The notes below the pieces were generated by a model. It searched no databases and was not told the DNA's origin. It saw only the letters and a program-made list of their open reading frames with translations. The position numbers and the translations under genes were made by a program. Below, in pieces: positions 54,005 through 64,000 of a stretch of 64,000 bases of DNA (the first letter of the stretch is position 1; every line of letters starts with the position of its first letter). Where the stretch lies: contig OX597814.1 of NCBI GenBank assembly GCA_951406725.2, positions 83,576,001-83,640,000 of the forward strand. The letters run 5' to 3'. This DNA is from Octopus vulgaris. Taxonomy: Eukaryota.

Positions 54005-54090
54005 AATTGACCTTCTGCTTTCCCATGATCTCTCTCAACTTGTCGTTTCAAACGCTTTAGATTTTTCACCATCAGATTTTTTCTTGTAAG
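54005..54090 (-). CDS. TTLL9: TTLL9-like coding exon 4 (LTRKNLMVKNLKRLKRQVERDHGKAEGQ)
   Basis: cag acceptor, gtaag donor; LTRKN.MVKNLKR motif. Confidence 0.93.
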
Positions 54091-54169
54091 CTGAATATGG
54101 TAAAAAATAGTTTATAATAGGATAAAATACTTGTTTATATTTATGATTTAATAAATAATATCATATATA

Positions 54170-54220
<51 letters not shown>

Positions 54221-54225
<5 letters not shown>

Positions 54226-54532
54226 AAAAAGCACCATCCGAACATGGCCGATGCCAGCGCCACCTTGACTGGCTTCTGTGCCATTGGCACGTAAAAAGCA
54301 CCAACCGATCATGGCCGCTGCCAGCCTACCCTGGCATCTGTGCCAGTGGCACATAAAAAGCACCCACTACACTCACGGAGTGGTTGGCGTTAGGAAGGGC
54401 ATCCAGATGTAGAAACACTGCCAGATCAGACTGGAGCCTGGTACAGCCTCCTGGCTTCCCAGACCCCAGTCGAACCGTCCAACTCATGCTAGCACAGAAA
54501 ACGGACGTTAAACGATGATGATGATGATGATG
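54221..54532 (+). repeat. RTE-related 3' tail repeat ending in (GAT)n (also at ~41112-41337)
   Basis: Tandem cacgtaaaaagcacc units and a terminal ggacgttaaacgatgatgat. Confidence 0.65.
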
Positions 54533-54569
54533 CATATAAGAAGGGATGACCACTAAGTGGACATCCAAT

Positions 54570-55300
54570 ATGCTAGAAATAGATCACCTACGATCTAACC
54601 ACAAAGAAAAGAATGTTCTCCAGAAAAATTCAGCAAACACTAGTCTTGAATTTCTTCATTGCAGGCGAGCCAGGATGTATCCACTCCATACTCTGTCTTT
54701 TGGTTTCTGTCTCATAATGATGGACCAATGTTTCATCTGTGATTTTTCTGCTCAAAAATTCCTTGCCTTCATTGTTGTAGTGGTCGAGTAAATATTAGCA
54801 GACCTCAAGACGTTTGCACTTGTGCTCTGCAGGAAGCTCTCTTGGCACCCATCTTGCACAAACTTTATGGAAGCCAAGCTCATCAGGGATGATTTGATAG
54901 GCAGAACCATGACTAATCTGCAGAGAACAAGCTACCTCATTGATGATAACTCACCAGTTCACCATTCCATTTCTCAAGCTTACTGAATCTTCTTGTCAGT
55001 GGTGGAAACTGACGGGCATACCTGTATTGTGCTAAAAGCCTCCAATGAATTTGAGCACTTGACACACCTTCTGGCCAGAGAAATCAGATCACTGCTCTTT
55101 TCTTCTTTGGTGCATATTGCCAGTGGAGCAGCCATGCTTACGCTGTAAAGCCAGAAAGAAAAATGGTGTGATCAGGCTCAAACTTCGATCACATGACCAC
55201 AATAGTACCAACTATAAGCACACATGCACAGAAGGTAGTGTGACAATAATAAAGATATGTTATGGTGAAAGTGTGGATAATTTTTTTACTTCCCCTTGTG
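54570..55300 (-). mobile_element. Mariner remnant
   Basis: Minus strand KVCARWVP motif and HTH-like region, degenerate. Confidence 0.65.
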
Positions 55301-55409
55301 TAAATACATGTATATATATGTATGTGTATACACACACACACACACACACACATATAATTGTCACTGAATATGACTAAGCTGTTAGAACACCAGTTTGAAT
55401 TTAGACATT

Positions 55410-55443
<34 letters not shown>

Positions 55444-58400
55444 TACAGATATGTATATATACACACATCTATATATGCATATATATTTTATTATTAAAAA
55501 AAGATATTAAACATACACACATGCAATTTATACATGGACACAGCTAACTTTACAACTTGTCAGTATTTTGATAGAAAACAGATATAGTGAAAGTATCATT
55601 GTAGCTAACTGATTTGTTGCACTTGTTACAAAGACAAACAAACAGGGGGGAGAGGACACACATTATTAATTATATAAGCCGATGTGTGTGTATGTGTGAA
55701 TGCATCTGTATGCATGTGTGTTGCAAAAGAAAAAACACAAAGAATGCCTCAGTACACTTATTCAATATTAATTCTCTCTACTATGAAAAAATAAAAAAGA
55801 AATGCTATGCTGTAAGTATATTTATTCTCCCACTTCATTTATATTTCAGCAGTTCTTCTGTCTATCGCTCTACTGATGACTTTGGCAGAAGCCTGAGAGA
55901 CTGAATGGAAACAGAAAAAAGGAAAACAGTTTCAACATAGAGGTTCTCTCATAACGTAACCCCTATGAAATATTGTTCCCTTTTATTTTTTAGCAAGCTG
56001 TTTGTGGGCATATGTTGGTAATGAAGTAAATATAAATGGAACTTCTGTTGGTTCTGTTGATGAATATTGCAATTGTTTCATCATGGGAATTAGTTACTTA
56101 TTGTATTATAGTATAAATGGACAAACATTCCACAGACAATCATATCTTTAATGTAACCTTCAAGCAGAATTAGCATAACACTGTTTGTATGAATTATTGA
56201 TATTGTCATCTGATGTGCTTCCATTTATTTCTGTTTACCCAGTTTTGCTCACAAAGCTTAGACTGACCTGAAGCTATGGCAGAAAACACTTGTCCAAGAT
56301 GGTATGGAGTGTGACTGAGCCTGGAATCTCATGATTTTGAAACAAGTATCTTAACCCTTCAGCCATGCCTGCATATTATCTTGCTCCTTGTCTATGTCCT
56401 AAAATAAACCCAATGGGACAACTCCAAAGTCTTTCACAATCAAAGGACACCTACAATGATGATTGCGACCACAACTGACAATATTTACATTGAATTTCTT
56501 ACGTTTATTAATTATCTTGTAAGGGAAAGATGCAATGATTTGATAAATGAGCATTAACAGAAATATCTTAAAGCTCTGTGTGTGTAGTTGTGTATCTACT
56601 ATAGATGTGTATTCCAAAAACCAACAAAGTCTTCAAGGCATGACATGATGTTTTTGTTGTTTTAGTTTTGTCCCAGAATATTCATAATTAGTATTATACA
56701 TTCACTCTTTATACATATATTTACACTGATGGAATGGCAAGAATAGGTATATGAACTTAAATACATTAGCAAGTAATTGACCTAATTTTGGAGAGCAAAT
56801 GACTTGTCTTTTCACCAACCAGGTTGAAAAGTTCAAAATTTAGGCTATTTTTAGTAAACTAACACCATGTGTATGAACAATTTTGGCTGGACTAGTAACT
56901 CTGCTCAGATGGTATCTGAAATGTAGTTAAATTCTACCCTGATGAAGCAGTACCAGTAATTAACAACAAAAATGCACACTAAGATGCTTAATTTGCAGTG
57001 TGAACTAGCTTGCAGCAGAAACATATGTAGGTACTGACATTAAAAGATGTGGTTAACTATATAATAAAACCTGGATATGTAAATCGCTGTTCTCCTAATT
57101 TTTATTAATTTATTATTTCTTCTCTACTGACACTTTGTAGTCTCTATAGAGACATATGGATTTACCAAACTGAGGATTTATGGAGTATAGTAAACTAACT
57201 GGAGTTCATCTACATTCACTGAGGTTAGGTTAGCCAGCATTGTTAACCAGTAAAAGTGAACACGGTACCCGCCAGGATTGTATATCCCTATTAACCAATT
57301 TTGGAAATTTACCTTTATATATATATATATATGTATATCATCCTTGATCAAGCTGAGCTATGATCAAAAGCATTCAATCTATGACCTTCCTGTCTTTTGG
57401 GTTATGGAATATATCTATGATTACATTACATATGTATTTTCCGTCTTTCAAAAAAGTAAATTCTAATTTCAAGGATATTAGACTGTTAATTCTTGCAGAT
57501 CAAGCAACCATGCGATGGACTTCCCTATTGCTTTTGATGCATGAGCATCCATTTGTTCAATTAAATGAGCTGTTATTCATTAAATTAGAATTTAAAGTGG
57601 CTGAGTATTCCACATACATATGTATCTTTAATGTAGTTCATAGCAGAATCTGTGTAAGACTGTGTGACAAAGTTAGACCATTGGATTACAGGAACTATCC
57701 ATCTGACTGGCTTCTACATAGTTTCCATCTTCCCAAATTCACTCACAAGGCTTGTATTGACCTGAGGTGGCTATAGTAAAAATACAAGTTCAAGATGACA
57801 TGCAGTGGGATTGAACTCAAGAGTTCATGGTTGTGAAGTAAACATGTTAACCACACAGCTTTGCCTAAGCCCAAACCATGCAGGAGTGCAAAGAAAACAT
57901 GTGCTGTGCAATTCCAGAGGCAACTCCTGGCCTTCGTTCCCAGCAGACCACTAGTACCTGACCTGCAACAGAACCTTCCAAGCTCACATTGGCCTGATCA
58001 ACCACAGTTACCTGTCTTTTTCACCCATGTGATGTCCTTGGCCATCATCAACACCAATGGATGAACATTTATTATACCTAAGCCCAGACCATGTAGAGAC
58101 TCACTCATTGACTTCTTTTTAATTTGCTTGGCAAAAGGTTTTGTAAGGAAATTTCAGTATAAAATAATGATAAATGTTTCTAAAGTTTTCATTTAGTGTT
58201 TGTGATGTTGTAATTCCATGGAGTAGTATCTTGATGTCTGTTCAACAATATCAAAGTTATGAAGATTATAAGCCAATCTCCAGTTGTTAATACAAATGCT
58301 GGATTGTTTTTTTCAATCATTGGAATTCTTTCACAGCATAAAGATGATTTCATACCTCCATCATATTACTTACCACAAGTTTTTTTTTATTGCTTTAACT

Positions 58401-58701
58401 GTTTAGCACCAGGCCAATCCTCCTTGAGCAGCCCTATGACCAAAGATGTTCCAACCATGACCAAGCTATATCATTTTGTATATTGTGGTGAGAAAAGTGG
58501 AAAGTGGTGAAAAAGGATCTTCAGACACTGGGCCTCATTGAGGAACTAACAAGAGACTGGGAGATGTGGCGATTTAATGTACTTGATAAGAGGCGTGAAG
58601 CTAAGTAAAATTACACTCTTCCATATATACAGGTTTGTCCCTTCAGGTGCCAATGCCACTTGAAAAGTACCCAAGTTTCTTACAACATGGAGATTTCTTA
58701 C

Positions 58702-58813
58702 CTCATGATGATTTCTGAAATGAAGCATCCTCTGGTGTTCATGCAGATACAATCCTGTGTAGTTGTCTTTTGAGAATTCTCGGTCACACCAAAAGAAATC
58801 CCAGTCTTCTTCA
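58702..58813 (-). CDS. TTLL9: TTLL9-like coding exon 3 (EEDWDFFWCDREFSKDNYTGLYLHEHQRMLHFRNHHE)
   Basis: tttacag acceptor, gtaag donor; WDFYWCD...HFRNHYE motif of the TTLL1/9 family. Confidence 0.93.
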
Positions 58814-58934
58814 CTGTAAAAGTTAGAACACGATTTACAATTTACAATATACACACACTCACAACATAGATATACATACATACATATGCACGTGTGTGTG
58901 TGTGTGTGTGTGTGTGTAAGCATGTATATGTATC

Positions 58935-59250
58935 ATTGTCCTCCAGAGGAGTTTAAAACTAGGAACCTATAGGAACTCCTCTATGCTGATAACTTTGTTC
59001 TTATAGTTGAATATGTAGTAGAATTAGAAAAGAAATTCCAGGTGGGGAAGCAAAATCAAAAATGAAAGGGTCTTTAAAATTAAGTTAGCAAAGACCAAAT
59101 TTCTAGTAAGTAAGAAAGCAAGCAGACACTAATTCCTTCAAGTTTGAAATGTAGAAAAGGTGTAAATAGAGGTTCCATAAAGTGTGCCCAGTGGAAGTTG
59201 GGGACATAACACATAAGAGATGCAGTAGAATTATAGGAAGGTTAACAAAG
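58935..59250 (+). mobile_element. RTE-type RT fragment
   Basis: ELLYADNFVL...ELEKKFQ...LAKTKFLV motif. Confidence 0.65.
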
Positions 59251-59864
59251 AAAGCAGCCTTGACTGGGTAGATCTATGATAAAGAAAATTGCAGCCTTGA
59301 ACATTCCATTTATTATTCAAATATACTGCGTCTAGGAGTGCATGTATTATCCAACTTTTCCTTCCATTACGATGGCAGAGAATGATTAAAGTGAGATTGG
59401 GCTGCTATTTTTAGCAAGTTGAGCAACCTTGTAGTGGTCCCTTGTTGACGAATCTGTAGAGAAACCTAAGTAAGCTGAATTGTTTTTTGCAATTGTTGTT
59501 GTTGTTGTTGTTCTTAATGCTGATGTTGCTGATAATGTGACTTACCGTAAATGTAAGGAACAGAATAACGTTATGATCATTGTTTAACGTCTGCCTTCCA
59601 TACTGGCATTTTTCTATTTTCTTTTAGTCAGGAGGGAAGCCAGAATTCATGACTCACTACAGGACCTCACAGACTGATAAGAGGGAGCCTGATCCAAGTG
59701 TTTGCAACAGAGTGAACTCCACTTAAGGCATTCACAATGCCAGGTGGTGGGGTTAAACTAGGCAACTACCAAAGGAATATACTACATAACAAATGTAATT
59801 CTATACACAATAAAAATGTTAATATCACCACACACAGATTAAATTGTAAAAAATATCAACATAC

Positions 59865-59951
59865 CTTACCACTTCCTGCCAGCCTGCTCGTGCTTGTAAT
59901 ACATCAAAGACAGTGTTTTGAATACCACACCTAAAACGTATCTGACGTTCC
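59865..59951 (-). CDS. TTLL9: TTLL9-like coding exon 2 (ERQIRFRCGIQNTVFDVLQARAGWQEVV)
   Basis: tag acceptor, gtatgt donor; resembles the TTLL9 IRFK..MNTLMDVL..RPGW segment; phases 2/2. Confidence 0.88.
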
Positions 59952-61274
59952 CTATAATGAGTGCAACAGAGAATAATGAAATAATAAGTCTTTTGTAGAT
60001 CTTTCAGTAAATATAAAATTCTGCAAATATTGATGGTACCAACAGATCTTTGACCCTGGTTGACACATTTACTCATCAACACTATAACCTACTAGCCCAG
60101 TGTGCGAATATCTCTGTTTCTCCTTTAGCTTTGTAATAAATGAGCCAATGAAGTAACCTCTATGTGGTTTCTTCCTCAGCAAATAGCAACCAAACCTTCT
60201 TTGAATCATACTCTGCCTTAGTGGCCTCAAACCAGGATCTTCTAGGAGATAGTTAAGAGTATCACAAGGTTTTAAATTCAAGCTATTATTATTCAGTATG
60301 TGTAAGGCAGCAAGCACACAGAATTGTTAGTACATCGGATGAAATGCTTGGTGGTATTTTGTCCATCTTCACATTCTGAGTACAAATTCTACAGAAATCG
60401 ACTGCCTTTCATCCTTTCACTATCGATAAAATGTGTACCAGTAGAGTACTAGTGACAATATAATTGATTACACCTCTTCCCCAAATTTCAGGCCTTCTGC
60501 CTATAGTAGAAAGGATTATTCAGTATGTGTACTTTGTGTGTTGTGCACCTTAAGCATAGAGAGATAGGGTGATGAAGTGACAGAAGCATTGGAAATCATT
60601 ATTGTAGTGTCTTAAATAAAGAAAGGGTACACTGGATAAATGTAGTCTTAGACATATCCTTAAACAGGTTGGGTGGTCACAGCTTGAATGCCTTTGATTC
60701 ATAGGTATGCTTTATCAGGGTTCATCTGGAGTTAAACAACAGCTATACATTGGTTGATTATTTCTCAATCAAATCATTAACTCCTCCTAGCCCTCATACT
60801 GAGGACTTTATCTAACTACTTGCTTTTAGAAACACATCTCTCTAGAAACTCCATGCTGCTCATGATTTTTCCAAAACATTAAACCCACTAGTATAGCTAA
60901 AAGGCGAGGAGGATAGACTCTATGAGATACCATTTTGGAGCAAGGGTTGGCACTTTTTCATATATGTCTTGGGGAGGAAAGCCACAAAAGCAAGGACCAT
61001 TAAAACATGCACAAATTCTAAAAGCAAGGACCATGCACAAATTCTAGCTGAGACACTGGTCAACCCACAACAAATCATATTGAATTATGGTTTTTCTTAA
61101 TTGAAACGTTTTTCATACACCTATATACAATAAAAATATTTTAATACAAGTCAACTTTGTCTTTCATTCTTCAAGAGTCAATAAAATAAAGTCAATATAA
61201 TCAGCTACACCCTTCACCCAGTACACACTGTTAAGTGGTTGACATAAGTAAAATAATAGATGTGTAAAACTTAC

Positions 61275-61315
61275 GGCAATTTTGAATTTTTCAAACATTT
61301 CTTTAGTTCACCCAT
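61275..61315 (-). CDS. TTLL9: TTLL9-like tubulin polyglutamylase, coding exon 1 (putative ATG; MGELKKCLKNSKLP)
   Basis: Polypyrimidine acceptor ttttcattctag upstream (exon edge 61322), ATG at 61315, gtaagt donor; phase 2 matches the next exon. The N-terminus is poorly conserved, so the start is inferred. Confidence 0.65.
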
Positions 61316-62518
61316 ACTGAGTCTAGAATGAAAAACAAAATGATAGAAATTCATTAGAGAAAAGAATTTCAAGCATAAGTTTGAAATATTTTACTTCAAA
61401 GATAAGATGGCTTTGGAAATTTTTGAGAAATGAAAGATAGCATCCTTTTCTTTTTTTTTATAATTACCATCTTTATCAGTTAACCATCTGCCCTATGTGA
61501 AATCAAATAATAATATTGTATTGAGATTTTAACTACATGTAGAAAGAAATAGTTAGCATATCATCATCAGCTCCATTATTAATTCCATCACCACCATATT
61601 TATACTCCTCACTTTTAGTATCATTATTACTGTGGATCTTTCCAGATGACCTCACTTCTTTGTACTATTTATGAATATGATGTAAAGAAAATTACTGCAA
61701 CATCTATTTTAAGTCAGATAGGGATAATATAATATTAAGAATGAAAATGTGCATAGTGTAGACGCTATCACAAAAACTAGCCTTCTTTACAGCCAGAAAA
61801 TACTTCAACTACTGATCTTTTACAATTTTCCAGATTATGTTGAGATCACAGGATGCAACATTGTGGATGCAAACTATTTCAGCCTGTGAACTTATTGAAT
61901 CAATGGCAAATATCATCAGATGCTCAGCAGATGAACATACAACCAGTCAATGCCCAGGATCAACCAGTTCAGTAAGTAACCTATTCTAACATCTGTAGTC
62001 ATGGCATGCACAGATGAGATATTTCAGCTAGCAAAAGACCAATGTGACTAAAACCCAAGACAAACACCCATGCTGCATTGCTTGATCAGGACATCTGGCA
62101 TGGAAAAGTTGCATTAGTCTGAGCAAGCTGCCCAACTGGATGATGTTGACTAACCATTTACAAAGCTCATGTTAGACCCACAACAGAATATTGCTCCCAT
62201 AACTTCTATGGAGCTACTACTTATATATACAGACATTCTAGACTACATCCAATGAAAAATCAGTCTGGTTGGCCTGAAGTCACTTGCCAACAATCTTCAG
62301 CCTCTGATTCACAAACTTATTGTCTCATGCCTCAGTCTTTTCCAATTACAGTTTAGCCTCCCAGAGTTGGCTAAACTCATGTCATCTTCACTCATGTTCT
62401 TCCAACTCTCCCTCATCTTACCTCCACTCACCATCAATATGATGTGTTCCCCCATTTTCCACTGACTCCATACTATCTACTATTTCTTGTCCTTCCTGCA
62501 AAAACAAATATGTATGTG

Positions 62519-62573
<55 letters not shown>

Positions 62574-62719
62574 GCTTGAACATGTAGTTAAGAATTTTGC
62601 TTTGAACCACTGGCATCAAGTTGTTTCGTTACATAGTACCATGGCAAGTATCTTCTACTATAGCCCCCAGGTCAACTGATGACTTGTGATTGAATTCAGT
62701 GGATGGGAACAGAGCAGTT

Positions 62720-62883
62720 TATGGTAGCCACTACACACACTTTTTTTCTGTGTCCCTTTCTGTAGAAAAGCGTAGGCTTGAAACGTAAAAGACTTTTTCT
62801 ATCCCTGAGCGTTATATTAACACATCTGTTTGTTTTATACACCACTTGTCTTCGTCTTTTGTTTTTTTTTCGTGAACTCTCCC

Positions 62884-62885
<2 letters not shown>
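62720..62885 (+). repeat. Copy of the (TA)n-abutting repeat family
   Basis: Same sequence family; followed by (TA)n(GA)n. Confidence 0.8.
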
Positions 62886-62963
<78 letters not shown>

Positions 62964-63525
62964 TGTATAAACATGTATATACACACACACACACATTTAT
63001 GTATATATTATACAGCATTCATAACCGCAATTTTTTCCCCCGAGCGGTTTCATACAAAACAAAATTCTTCCTAGAATGGAAGAACAATTTAATACTTGTC
63101 AGACTTCGCTGACCAGACAAGTATCGCTTCGGTTCTGTTGCACTGGTTGTCTCAAACACCACATCCGAAACAAAAAAGGGAATGAAAAACAAAAACGTAA
63201 GGTTAGCTTTTAACCCCATAAGAGTTATGTCCCTTAGACTAATCCTTTTTTTTTTTTTTTTTTTTTTTGTCATTGCTTTAGCAAGAACTGTCTCTTGTCG
63301 GTTTGTGTGGAAATGTAAAAAGATAAGGTAGTAAGGGAGAAATAGAGTGAGGAAGGGTTTACAGGGATTTATGTCCATTCAATTACTTGCTATACAAATG
63401 TATTTTTCTGATTTATGAAATTTCCTTGGACATCAGTATATATCTGTATGTGCCTGAGTAATATATATTTGCATATATTGTGTATGTGTGTTCTCTTACT
63501 GCTTGACAACTTGTATCGGTTTGTA

Positions 63526-63750
63526 GGGCGGCGAGCTGGCAGAAACGTTAGCAAGTCGGGCGAAGTGCGTAGCCGTATTTCGTCTGCCGTTACCTTGTGA
63601 GTTCAAATTCCGCCGAGGTCGATTTTGCCTTTCACGCTTTCGGGGTCGGTTAAATAACTACCAGTTACGCACTGGGGTCGATATAATCGACTTAATCCCT
63701 TTGTCTGTCCCCTCTAATGTTTAGGCCCCTGTGGGCAATAAAGAAATAAA
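63526..63750 (+). mobile_element. tRNA-derived SINE family A, CpG-rich copy
   Basis: Same family as 50761-51000. Confidence 0.85.
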
Positions 63751-64000
63751 AACTTGTATTGGTTTGTTTGTATCTTGTAACCTAGCGGTTCAGTAAAAAA
63801 AAAAAAAACCATAGGATAAGTACCAGATTGAAATAAGTCCATCGAGGTTGTGGCCCGTATTCTAATGACCAAACATATAAAAGAAATGCTTTTGATACAC
63901 CGGCACAACTACAGTTCGGTGCATCGCCAACATTATTTCTTCATAACTTTCTTTAAAATGTGTATTTTTTTAATAGAATACAGACATACATTTTTCACGA

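Overview
AT-rich, microsatellite-dense animal genomic DNA. The SINE families and repeat landscape look like an octopus (coleoid cephalopod) genome; this is an inference, not a database match. One host gene can be reconstructed by eye: a TTLL9-like tubulin polyglutamylase on the minus strand, with 13 phase-compatible coding exons (61315 down to 22723, about 425 aa). It has a textbook U12-type GT-AG intron and one intron whose donor reads AT instead of GT. The rest is mostly transposon debris: mariner, Gypsy integrase, RTE, R4/Dong-like, Helentron-type, hAT and piggyBac MITEs, and two abundant tRNA-derived SINE families. The most striking structure is a young ~4.9 kb tail-out palindrome of a 5'-truncated Penelope-like retroelement (RT + GIY-YIG) inserted in a (TA)n array. 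The same architecture ((TA)n - inverted arm - short spacer - arm - unpaired 50-65 nt tail - (TA)n) recurs in two sequence-unrelated small elements. Several (TA)n-abutting families carry minimal hammerhead-ribozyme-like folds with variant cores. Most short ORFs in the supplied track are microsatellite or antisense artefacts.
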